A DNA stretch of 64,000 bases. Source: an uncultured Candidatus Actinomarina sp. GTDB taxonomy: Bacteria > Actinomycetota > Acidimicrobiia > Actinomarinales > Actinomarinaceae. A program made the translations under genes and the position numbers. The stretch covers positions 47,086 to 111,085 of the forward strand of contig CACJJR010000004.1 of NCBI GenBank assembly GCA_902593795.1, read 5' to 3'. A model generated the notes under the pieces. The model saw only the letters and a list, made by a program, of their open reading frames with translations. It ran no database searches and was not told the DNA's origin. Shown here piece after piece: positions 9,099 to 17,932 of the stretch. Position 1 is the stretch's first letter; each line of letters opens with the position of its first letter.

Positions 9099-11981
9099 AT
9101 GGCACAAATTCATAATTTAGAATCAAAAACTAGATATGGCTCAAGGTACGTTGCTGGCTTTATAATTTTAATTTCAAGTATTTTGCTTGCTGGATGGGTA
9201 GCGTTTTTTATATTCTTGCCGGTTAAATCAAGTATGGAGATTGTAACATCTCTTGAAGAAAAATTTTTACCAAGAGCAGAAGGTATGGTACTAAATTTTG
9301 TCTCACTTTCAGAACCATCCACAATCATTACATCAGATAACAAAGTTTTAGATGAATTACATGATGGACTAAATAGAGATCCAATACCTCTCTCAGAGGT
9401 TCCAACTTTTGTGATAAACACACTTCTTGCAGCTGAAGATAGTAATTATTATCTTCACGAAGGTGTTGATTTTGTAGCAATTTTAAGTGCAGTAATAGAC
9501 AATTTAAGAGGCGTCACTCGTGGAGGTTCTACCATTACTTCCCAAGTAGCTAAACAATCATTTGTTGGAGATGAAATTTCTGTTAGGAGAAAAGTCGCTG
9601 AGGCTGTCGTTGCAGCTGAACTGGAGAGAAGGTATACAAAAGATCAAATTTTAGAATACTACATTAATTCAATTTACTGGGGTTCTGGTGCATATGGTAT
9701 CCAATCTGCCGCATATGAATATTTCAATAAAGATATAAGAGAAATAACCCTAGATGAAGCTGCAACTTTAGTAGTAATAATCAGAAGTCCCGCTTATTAC
9801 AATCCGAGAAAATATCCAGAAAGAGTTATAGATAGAAGAAATGATGTTTTAAATATCATGCTTAAAGAGGGTTTTATAGTGGACATACAAGCAAGGTCTG
9901 CAAAACTTGCACCCCTGAATATAGTTGATTCTGTTCAAATTGACTCACAAGCAGAACATGTTGTTGCAGAAGTAAAAAGGCAACTTCTCAACGATCCTCA
10001 ATTTGCTGTTCTTGGAAATACAAAAGAAGAAAGAAAAAAGAAAATTTTTGGCTGCCCTTCTGATGACACTTCTTGTGCAGGAGGTGGTGGTTTAAATGTA
10101 TATATAACTTTAAACCTTGAGTATCAGCAACATGCTAATCAAATTTTAAATAAATGGGTACCATCCGAAATTACTGATGAAGAAAGTGATGAGCAAACCC
10201 CAACAGGTGTTATAACTTTAATCAATAACTATACAGGTGGTATCGAAGTAATGGCTTCTGGAATCCCTTTTGAAGAGGAACAATATAACCTAGCTACTCA
10301 AGGAAAGAGAAACCCTGGATCAGCATTTAAACCAATAACCTTATTAGCTGCTCTAGAATCTGGCTCAAAACTTTACAGCTATAGGGATTCAAGGAGTCCA
10401 GTAGAAATAGACTGCGGATATCCATGTGCTCCAGACGGAATTAGTACGAAATGGGTTGTTAGAAATTATGGTACCTCAATCACCGCTGATCGCTATTTAA
10501 ATAAAATAGCCGCTCAAGATAGATCGATTGAACTTCAGTGTGTTGGGTATCACATAGAAGATTTAAAAAATGCTGACTTTATGAAACAATTTCCAATTAC
10601 TTCAAATTTAGATGAAATAGAAGATGAGTCTGAAAAGCTTATAGAAATTGGCAAAGCATTAAATCAATTTGATGAAGATGGAAATGCAATCATATATCAA
10701 GAAGATACTGATGGAATCGAGTTTCCAGAAGACACTGTTGTAATAAGTGATATTAAGCTAATTGAAGAACAAGCAAACACAACTCAAATAGATATTGAAA
10801 GTGAAACACAATATCTATTTAAGCCTTGCAATGATAAAAGTGAGTACAACAGATCGATTAAGCTTCTTGATACTTCTGGGATGATTTCGCTTGAAGAAGC
10901 TACTAGAAGGTCCATAAATACAGTTTATGCACAGATGGCTTCAGAACTTGGTGGTGAAAAGCTTGCTTCAACTGCCAACCGAATTGGAATTGATTCTGAG
11001 ATTGACCCCGTAATTTCACTAACCTTAGGAGCAGGTGCGGTTACACCTATTGAAATTGCTTCTGCTTATTCATCTTTTGCAACTAATGGTATTTTGGCCC
11101 CACCATATTTAATTGAAAGAATTGAAGATGCTCAAGGTGAGGTTTTGTATCAAAATATTGTATCCCAGAGAATTTCTATTCCTGATCCTGGTGCAGCAGC
11201 AGCCGTTAGGAAAACTTTGGAAGTAGCTGCCCAATATGGAACAGGTACAAGAGCTGTTCTTGATGATAGGCCTATAGCTGGAAAAACAGGAACACATCAA
11301 GGATTTAGAGAAGCATGGTTCATTGGTTTTATTCCACAATACACATCTTCTGTTTGGATTGGATTTGCTGAAGAACAACTTCCTTTAACTGACGTTGAAA
11401 TAAATGGAGAATTAATCAAAAATGTTTCTGGTGGAAGAGTTCCTGCGCCAATGTGGAAAGAATTTATGACAAAAGTTGTTGAAGAACTTCCTATAGTTGA
11501 ATGGCCCGTAGATCCGAGTGATATTGAAAAATATTATGAAATTCCAACAGTCATAATCCCTGAACTTACAGGCCTTAATGTTCTTACTGCTGAAGAGATA
11601 GCTTTTTCAAATTATCTTCTACCGAATGTAAATTTAGTTGACTCAGAAGAGGCTCCGGGACTTGTTTTAAGTCAAAGCATAGAGTTGGACGAAGAAGTCC
11701 CTGAAGGAACAGTTATAGATCTAGAAGTATCAGGTCAAAAATACTCTGCACCTATTCCAAATATTCCTCCGTGTGAATATACAGTTGAAGAAGCAGAGAG
11801 TCTCATAAAAAATTACATGCTAGATAATAATGTTATATTATTTTTGCGAAGAAATTACGAAGCAAGTGAGGTTCAGGGCTGTGAAGGAAAAGTAATTGGA
11901 ACAAATGTACCTCAAGAAGCAATTATGTCCACAGGTGATACTTTAATATTTGTTATTAAGAATACTTCTAACGAATCTTAG
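9099..11981 (+). CDS. Class A penicillin-binding protein (glycosyltransferase + transpeptidase) with C-terminal PASTA-like repeats
   Basis: 960 aa with an N-terminal TM anchor. GT51 motifs EDSNYYLHEGVD and GGSTITSQ are present. Transpeptidase motifs are S408-A-F-K, S605-I-N and KTGT. The tail has a PASTA-like segment (IPELTGLNVLTAEE...VIDLEVSG). Confidence 0.85.
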   Translation: MAQIHNLESKTRYGSRYVAGFIILISSILLAGWVAFFIFLPVKSSMEIVTSLEEKFLPRAEGMVLNFVSLSEPSTIITSDNKVLDELHDGLNRDPIPLSEVPTFVINTLLAAEDSNYYLHEGVDFVAILSAVIDNLRGVTRGGSTITSQVAKQSFVGDEISVRRKVAEAVVAAELERRYTKDQILEYYINSIYWGSGAYGIQSAAYEYFNKDIREITLDEAATLVVIIRSPAYYNPRKYPERVIDRRNDVLNIMLKEGFIVDIQARSAKLAPLNIVDSVQIDSQAEHVVAEVKRQLLNDPQFAVLGNTKEERKKKIFGCPSDDTSCAGGGGLNVYITLNLEYQQHANQILNKWVPSEITDEESDEQTPTGVITLINNYTGGIEVMASGIPFEEEQYNLATQGKRNPGSAFKPITLLAALESGSKLYSYRDSRSPVEIDCGYPCAPDGISTKWVVRNYGTSITADRYLNKIAAQDRSIELQCVGYHIEDLKNADFMKQFPITSNLDEIEDESEKLIEIGKALNQFDEDGNAIIYQEDTDGIEFPEDTVVISDIKLIEEQANTTQIDIESETQYLFKPCNDKSEYNRSIKLLDTSGMISLEEATRRSINTVYAQMASELGGEKLASTANRIGIDSEIDPVISLTLGAGAVTPIEIASAYSSFATNGILAPPYLIERIEDAQGEVLYQNIVSQRISIPDPGAAAAVRKTLEVAAQYGTGTRAVLDDRPIAGKTGTHQGFREAWFIGFIPQYTSSVWIGFAEEQLPLTDVEINGELIKNVSGGRVPAPMWKEFMTKVVEELPIVEWPVDPSDIEKYYEIPTVIIPELTGLNVLTAEEIAFSNYLLPNVNLVDSEEAPGLVLSQSIELDEEVPEGTVIDLEVSGQKYSAPIPNIPPCEYTVEEAESLIKNYMLDNNVILFLRRNYEASEVQGCEGKVIGTNVPQEAIMSTGDTLIFVIKNTSNES

Positions 11982-13360
11982 TTATTTGACTGTTCAACTA
12001 AAAAATTAAAATATCCTAAAACTCCAAAACCAGTTCCACCTTCAGGATAAACAGCTGAGCTACTTCTAGATCTGCCTGGTCCCGCTATATCTAAATGAAT
12101 CCAGTCAATATCGTTAACAAATTCCTCGAGAAGCAGTGCTGCAGTAATTGCCCCTCCAAACCTTCCGCCAGAATTTTTCATATCTGCAATATTAGATTTA
12201 ATAAGCGCCTTGTAACTTTGTTCAAGTGGTAGAGAATGATAATTTTCAAAACCATCACTATTTGAATTTAAGAAATTATCTAATGTTGAATTATTATTTG
12301 AAAATACAGCCCCAATTTCAACACCTAATGCAACATATGCTGCACCTGTTAGAGTTGCTACATCACAAATTATATCTGGAGAGCTTTCACTAGCATAAGC
12401 AAGTGCATCAGCCATAATAAGCCTGCCTTCAGCATCAGTATTCATAACCTCAATAGTCTTTCCATTTCTCATTTTTAATACATCACCAGGTCTTATCGCT
12501 GTACCACTCGGCATGTTTTCTACGATTGGTGTGTAAACCTTTAGTCCAATATCTAATTTTTGTTTTGCAACTAAAGCAATAATCCCCCAAGCTGTTGCTG
12601 CACCTGCCATATCAGACTTCATTGTTTCCATTCCAGAAGGAGACTTTAATGAAAGTCCGCCTGAGTCAAATAAAACACCCTTACCTATAAGTGCAATTTG
12701 TTTTTTTGCTTTTGGATTATATTCACCAACAAGAAACTTAGGAGATCGTTCAGAGCCCTGAGCAACACCAACTACACCACCCATATTGTTTTCTAATAAC
12801 CATTTTTCATCAAAAATAGTTAAATTAATGTCTAAACTATTAACTAACTCCTCAACCATTTGTTGAAAAAAATCTGGTGACTTTGTTAATGCTGGATAAT
12901 TAACCATATCTCTAACCCAAAATATTGAATGTATTTTATTTTGGATTTCTTCGGAATACTCACTGTCAATTATATTGAAATTTATGTCAGGAGTTTTTTC
13001 TGATTTGAACTCATCAAATGAATACGTAGAGATAGCTAGACCAAATTCAATTGAATACATATCAAAGTCATTATTTTTTTGGAGTAATTTAATATCACAA
13101 TCTTTACCAATTTTTTTACCAATCTTGGCTCCTAGATTTACAAAATCATATTCAGAGTCACAACCATTTGCTCCAACTATTAGCGTTGACCATTCTGAGT
13201 TATCAGAATCTGCTAAAAAAAACATCTGACCTTTTTTTGCCTTAAATTTATTTACTTGAAATAAGTTTTTGTTAACTTCATAATTATTTATTAATTCAGC
13301 ATTAACATCATCCATATTTTCAATTAGTAAAACTTCTATATTCATTTGCTTGATGTCCAC
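11978..13360 (-). CDS. pepA: Leucyl aminopeptidase (M17)
   Basis: 460 aa with the NTDAEGRL signature and an LFDSGGLSLK metal-site region. Confidence 0.85.
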   Translation of the reverse strand: MDIKQMNIEVLLIENMDDVNAELINNYEVNKNLFQVNKFKAKKGQMFFLADSDNSEWSTLIVGANGCDSEYDFVNLGAKIGKKIGKDCDIKLLQKNNDFDMYSIEFGLAISTYSFDEFKSEKTPDINFNIIDSEYSEEIQNKIHSIFWVRDMVNYPALTKSPDFFQQMVEELVNSLDINLTIFDEKWLLENNMGGVVGVAQGSERSPKFLVGEYNPKAKKQIALIGKGVLFDSGGLSLKSPSGMETMKSDMAGAATAWGIIALVAKQKLDIGLKVYTPIVENMPSGTAIRPGDVLKMRNGKTIEVMNTDAEGRLIMADALAYASESSPDIICDVATLTGAAYVALGVEIGAVFSNNNSTLDNFLNSNSDGFENYHSLPLEQSYKALIKSNIADMKNSGGRFGGAITAALLLEEFVNDIDWIHLDIAGPGRSRSSSAVYPEGGTGFGVLGYFNFLVEQSNN

Positions 13361-13884
13361 TCCTTTTCGTTATCTCTTGCTAGCATCCAAAGTAAATCAG
13401 ATAATCTATTCAAATATACTATTACTTTTGTGTCTTCTACCTTATTTAACTTTTTCCAAGCAACGCATTTTCTTTCAGCACGTCTAGAGACAACTCTGCA
13501 CCAATCAAATTTGGAAGAAATACTATTTTCACCTGGTACAACAAAATAATCGGGAACACCGTTCTTCTCTGTTAGGTAATCAATTTCTTTCTCAATAGTT
13601 TTTACCATGCTATCTGTAACTAATGTTTCATTTGGCTTTAACTTTGTTCTGTTATCTTTTGAAGTTGCCAATTCTGCTCCAACAACAAATAACTGCCTTT
13701 GAATTTGTAGTATATGCTCTTTAGCTTCTAGTGGTAATTTTTGTTCGTATCTAACTAATCCTAAAGCAGCAACTAATTCATCAACTGATCCATAAGCTTC
13801 TGGTGCAATACTGTCTTTAGAAACTGCATCACCATACAAAAGTCTTGTTTCTCCTTTGTCACCTTTTTTTGTATAGATTTTCAT
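13342..13884 (-). CDS. PduO-type ATP:cob(I)alamin adenosyltransferase
   Basis: 180 aa with the N-terminal MKIYTKKGDKGETRL motif characteristic of PduO-type ATR. Confidence 0.85.
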   Translation of the reverse strand: MKIYTKKGDKGETRLLYGDAVSKDSIAPEAYGSVDELVAALGLVRYEQKLPLEAKEHILQIQRQLFVVGAELATSKDNRTKLKPNETLVTDSMVKTIEKEIDYLTEKNGVPDYFVVPGENSISSKFDWCRVVSRRAERKCVAWKKLNKVEDTKVIVYLNRLSDLLWMLARDNEKEWTSSK

Positions 13885-13899
13885 GATCTAAGAATAGTG

Positions 13900-14562
13900 T
13901 TAAATTGAAAGTATTAAAGTTCCCGACGCACCCAAAGAAACTATAAGAGATAAATAACTCAATCCGGTACTAGCCATTACTCCAGTGTACGATTTTTCTT
14001 GTAATGATTTAAATGATCCGAATGATAAAATTCCAGCTGATAAATAAAGGAAAATAATTACATTATTCAACAAATTATTACCTACTAAATTAAAAAAATT
14101 AGAGTTACTTTCATATATATTTGTAAATACTAAAAATGAAAGAATTAATGAAAGATACATAGAAAATTTTGCTATATTTTTCATTCCCTCCCTATTTATG
14201 GTTGGATCAACAAGAAACCAGTGGCCAATCATCATCAATGAAAATACTGAAGAAATAAGCAAAATAGGAAATATACTACTTAAATTCTCTATGCCAATAT
14301 CACTAAATATAAGTGAAATAAATGATATAAATGACAAAGCTAGGTAATATTTACTTTCTTTTTTTTCATATGCATACAAATAGAAAACCAAGAAAAATGA
14401 GCCAAGAAACGAAAAGTTTTCAGGTTTAAGAAAGAGATTTAATGAAATTATTGCAATAAACAATATACTAAACCCCTTTTTAGGGACCGTTGACTGCACA
14501 ATATAATACAAAAAAGGTATACAAAGTGTTAAAAATATAAAGGTAAATTCGCTCAATTGCAT
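13900..14562 (-). CDS. Polytopic membrane protein, unknown function
   Basis: 220 aa with about 6-7 hydrophobic helices. I recognised no family. Confidence 0.45.
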   Translation of the reverse strand: MQLSEFTFIFLTLCIPFLYYIVQSTVPKKGFSILFIAIISLNLFLKPENFSFLGSFFLVFYLYAYEKKESKYYLALSFISFISLIFSDIGIENLSSIFPILLISSVFSLMMIGHWFLVDPTINREGMKNIAKFSMYLSLILSFLVFTNIYESNSNFFNLVGNNLLNNVIIFLYLSAGILSFGSFKSLQEKSYTGVMASTGLSYLSLIVSLGASGTLILSI

Positions 14563-14583
14563 ATGTAACTTACAATAATATAT

Positions 14584-14934
14584 ATGTTGAAAAATATAGT
14601 TAAAAATAATTACAAGGTTGGGCTGCTTTTAACCTGTGCTTTTATGCTTTTTCTAACAAACACATCCAATTCGTTAAATAGCATATTTTCTTATGATTTT
14701 ATTTTTTCATTTATTATGTATTTTGGGTTTTTTATAATTGCAATACATGGATTAAAAAAATATAGAATAATCGGCATATACCTCTTAATAACAATACTTT
14801 TTATACCACCGAATATACTTCCAGAATACAGAGGATTGCTTTTCCCAGTAACATATCTTTCTTTTATTTCATACTTGGGTTTTATTATCTCAAAGCAATT
14901 ATTTAAAAAATGGAAAAACGAATACGAATTATGA
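14584..14934 (+). CDS. Small membrane protein, unknown function
   Basis: 116 aa with about 3 hydrophobic helices. It lies 31 nt upstream of the SpoIID-domain gene on the same strand. Confidence 0.4.
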   Translation: MLKNIVKNNYKVGLLLTCAFMLFLTNTSNSLNSIFSYDFIFSFIMYFGFFIIAIHGLKKYRIIGIYLLITILFIPPNILPEYRGLLFPVTYLSFISYLGFIISKQLFKKWKNEYEL

Positions 14935-14965
14935 TAATTAATTTTAAGCTATCTACAATGAAATA

Positions 14966-17932
14966 ATGAAACAGGGGTATAAAAATTTTGTATTATTTTT
15001 AGTGCTATTTGCTACTTCGTTTTTCCTAATTAATAACAAAAATCATGCAGCTCAGGCTCAACAAATACAATATCAATCTCCAAAATTGTCATGTTCTGAT
15101 AATGCAGTCGCCCCTTTAGATTCATTAAAAGATATTCAAGCTTTTCTCAATTGTAATGGATTCAACCCTGGTCCAATAGATGGACTGAGCGGGTCAAGAA
15201 CAGATGGAGCAATCAAAAGTTTTCAAAGAACTGTCGGATTAACAGCTGATGGTGAAGTAGGGCCTGCAACAAAGCAGGCAATGAGAAGCTACAGCTCTGT
15301 TAGTTTTACTTTTAAAGGAAGCGGATGGGGCCATGGGGTTGGATTGAGTCAGTACGGTGCTAAAGGCCTTACTGAACTGGGTGCTAGCTTTTGTTCCGAC
15401 ACAAATTCTTGTAACTCTAGTGAAGTTGTAAATTACTACTTTAAGGATACCTCAGTAAAGCAATTGTCTGAGATTAGTCTTTCTTCGCCAGATATTGCAA
15501 CTACAAATAACTCTCTTTGGGTAGGGTTAGCACGTAATGCAAAGTCTATTACCTTAACTACCCTACCTTCATCAAGTCCGCCAACATTGTCTATTTGTCA
15601 AGATGGTCTCCCTCAAGTACTGGGTGTTCAGGTATTTCTTACATCTAGAGGCTATGATCCAGGAACTATAGATGGTGCTTTTGGAGATAAAACTTCTAAT
15701 GCACTTAAAAATTATCAGTCTTCTGTTGGGCTCTCACAAACAGGAACAATTAATGATGAAACATTAAATAAAATAAAATCTGATGCAAATTCTGATGGAC
15801 CATGTGAATCTGAATTTGGACCTTTAAAAATAAATGGTGGTGCAACATTAAACTTTATTCATTCAAATGGAAAATGCTATTACAATGGTCATCCTTTAGC
15901 GCCTAAAGTATCTGCTTCATGCAATATAGGTATTAGCTGGTCTGATGGAGGTAGGATCAGAGTTGGACCTCGTGAACATAAGCATGGAGTCCTTAAATTA
16001 AGAAGTAAAAATGTTTCATCTGGTTTTCATGTTTCTTTATCTGTAAACATTGAGAAATATTTATACGGTCTTGCAGAAATGCCATCTCACTGGAATGTAA
16101 AAGCATTAGAATCACAAGCCTTAGTTGGTAGAAGTTATGCAGTTTATCAATACTTGAAACAAAATATCCCCTCAGAAAAAACAGACATTGATGCTGGACT
16201 TTCAACTTCAAGAGAAGCTTATTGCTGGTGCCACATTGGCTCAACTGCATCGAGCCAGTATTACTATGGTTACTTAAAAGAAATTGCTGGTCCCAATTGG
16301 GTACAAGCTGTTAATAACACTTCCGGAAAAGTTATTACATATGATGGCGGCTATACACAGAGTTCAGTAGTTCAAGCTTTTTACTCATCTTCAACAGGAG
16401 GAAAAACAAATGACAATGCTGTGGGTTTTGGATCCGCAACTGCGTGGCCTTATTTACAAACTGTTGATGACCCTTGGTCAGTTGATAATAGAGTTGGAAA
16501 CCCTAAGGCTGCTTGGTCTTTCGATTTTAGTTCTTACCAGCTTTCAAAAAATATTCTTTGTGGAGACACTCCTTGCTTTGATGCCGTAACTGACATATAT
16601 ATTTCTTCTGTAGCTGAATCAGGTGCTGCCCTAGAAGTCACCATGAAGGGTTTTAAAAATGGTGCTGCAAAAAGTGTTACTAAATCCGGTAGAAACATAA
16701 AATCTCAACTTGGATTTACCTCTCATTATTTCAAAACAACAAGTCAATCAGATGTTTCAAATCTAAATGTTGGACCTGTAACAGCAAATACAACAAGTAC
16801 TTCAACAACTACTACTTCTTCAAGCTCTACAGGAGATATTCCACAATATGCTACTTCAACTAATGGATTGAACATTCTTTCAAAATCAGGTCTTTTAAAT
16901 AACTGTAATGAAACATCTAGTGCTTGCCAGGCTAAAACTATAACAAGAGAAGAAGCCGCCGCAATAGTAGTAATAGCAGGTCAATTACCATTAGATGCAC
17001 CCAACGCATATAGTGACGACGATCAGAGTGTCTATCAAAAAGCAATTAATGCAGTTCCTTATTATGGAATGAACAAGTGTATAGGTGGTCCTTTTCAATT
17101 CCAACCTTCAGAACCTGTCTTTAGAGATCAGTTTGCCTGTATGTTAGTAGTTGCAATAAATGCAGGTAATACCACTGACTTAACGGAAAGCAATGATAAA
17201 TATTCTGATGATGGTGCAAGCAAATTTACATCTGAGATTAATCTTTTAGCTTCAACAAATGCAATACCTGCGTGTAGTTCTATTTCTGATAAGTTTTGCC
17301 CATCTAGAAGAATCTCGATTGGTGAGGTCTCGTATGTGATTGACTCATTAATTAAAAACTCCAAAATTCCGTCAGGAGTTTTCACAACTAGCTTATTTCA
17401 GCCTGGTTGGGAAGCAGCTTACGGAGAAGTTGCGGAAGTAGAGTCTACTGCTGTTTCTAATCCTAATTCTGGAAATGATGCTTGTGTTCCAAAAGACAAC
17501 AGTTCAATTGTAATTAATTCAGTGTTGGATGTTCAGCAGTTTCTTGCAAATAATGGATTTAAACCTGGTCCTATAGATGGGCAATCTGGTCCTAAGACTA
17601 AAGAAGCAATTAGAGAATTTCAAAGTACTAAAGGTTTGTTTGCAGACGGAATTGTTGGTAACAAAACTAAGGCGGCAATGCGTGCTTATACAGGCTGTGA
17701 AAGTGCCAATACTTGTAAAGCTAGAAACAACACAGGCGCAAAGCTTGATACTGTTGCGGATGTGCAAACATATCTTGCAAATAATGGATTTAACCCAGGG
17801 ATTATTGATGGAAAGATGGGCTCTTATACAAGAGAAGCAATTAAAGCGTTCCAAAGAAAAGTTGGTTTAATTCCAGATGGTGTTGCGGGTGCTAGAACTA
17901 AATCTGAAATGAAGTCATTTACAGGCTGTTAG
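14966..17932 (+). CDS. Secreted SpoIID/LytB-domain cell-wall protein with four peptidoglycan-binding (PG_binding_1-like) repeats
   Basis: 988 aa with a signal peptide. SpoIID motifs are GSGWGHGVGLSQYGAKG, YLYGLAEMP...ALESQALVGRSYA and AFYSSSTGGKT. PGB-like repeats (L..NGF.PG.IDG..G..T..AI..FQ...GL..DG.VG) sit at about residues 52-106, 216-269, 853-908 and 927-985. There is an S/T-rich linker. Confidence 0.8.
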   Translation: MKQGYKNFVLFLVLFATSFFLINNKNHAAQAQQIQYQSPKLSCSDNAVAPLDSLKDIQAFLNCNGFNPGPIDGLSGSRTDGAIKSFQRTVGLTADGEVGPATKQAMRSYSSVSFTFKGSGWGHGVGLSQYGAKGLTELGASFCSDTNSCNSSEVVNYYFKDTSVKQLSEISLSSPDIATTNNSLWVGLARNAKSITLTTLPSSSPPTLSICQDGLPQVLGVQVFLTSRGYDPGTIDGAFGDKTSNALKNYQSSVGLSQTGTINDETLNKIKSDANSDGPCESEFGPLKINGGATLNFIHSNGKCYYNGHPLAPKVSASCNIGISWSDGGRIRVGPREHKHGVLKLRSKNVSSGFHVSLSVNIEKYLYGLAEMPSHWNVKALESQALVGRSYAVYQYLKQNIPSEKTDIDAGLSTSREAYCWCHIGSTASSQYYYGYLKEIAGPNWVQAVNNTSGKVITYDGGYTQSSVVQAFYSSSTGGKTNDNAVGFGSATAWPYLQTVDDPWSVDNRVGNPKAAWSFDFSSYQLSKNILCGDTPCFDAVTDIYISSVAESGAALEVTMKGFKNGAAKSVTKSGRNIKSQLGFTSHYFKTTSQSDVSNLNVGPVTANTTSTSTTTTSSSSTGDIPQYATSTNGLNILSKSGLLNNCNETSSACQAKTITREEAAAIVVIAGQLPLDAPNAYSDDDQSVYQKAINAVPYYGMNKCIGGPFQFQPSEPVFRDQFACMLVVAINAGNTTDLTESNDKYSDDGASKFTSEINLLASTNAIPACSSISDKFCPSRRISIGEVSYVIDSLIKNSKIPSGVFTTSLFQPGWEAAYGEVAEVESTAVSNPNSGNDACVPKDNSSIVINSVLDVQQFLANNGFKPGPIDGQSGPKTKEAIREFQSTKGLFADGIVGNKTKAAMRAYTGCESANTCKARNNTGAKLDTVADVQTYLANNGFNPGIIDGKMGSYTREAIKAFQRKVGLIPDGVAGARTKSEMKSFTGC

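Noticed and set aside
17519-17870. Overlapping ORFs (111 and 97 codons) across the C-terminal PG-binding repeats of the SpoIID-domain gene
   Set aside because: These are alternative-frame readings of a region whose main frame encodes two clear PG_binding_1-like repeats. Nothing independent supports them.
14966-17932. Reading the SpoIID-domain gene as evidence for sporulation
   Set aside because: No other sporulation genes are present, and SpoIID/LytB domains are widespread lytic-transglycosylase-type cell-wall enzymes in non-sporulating bacteria.
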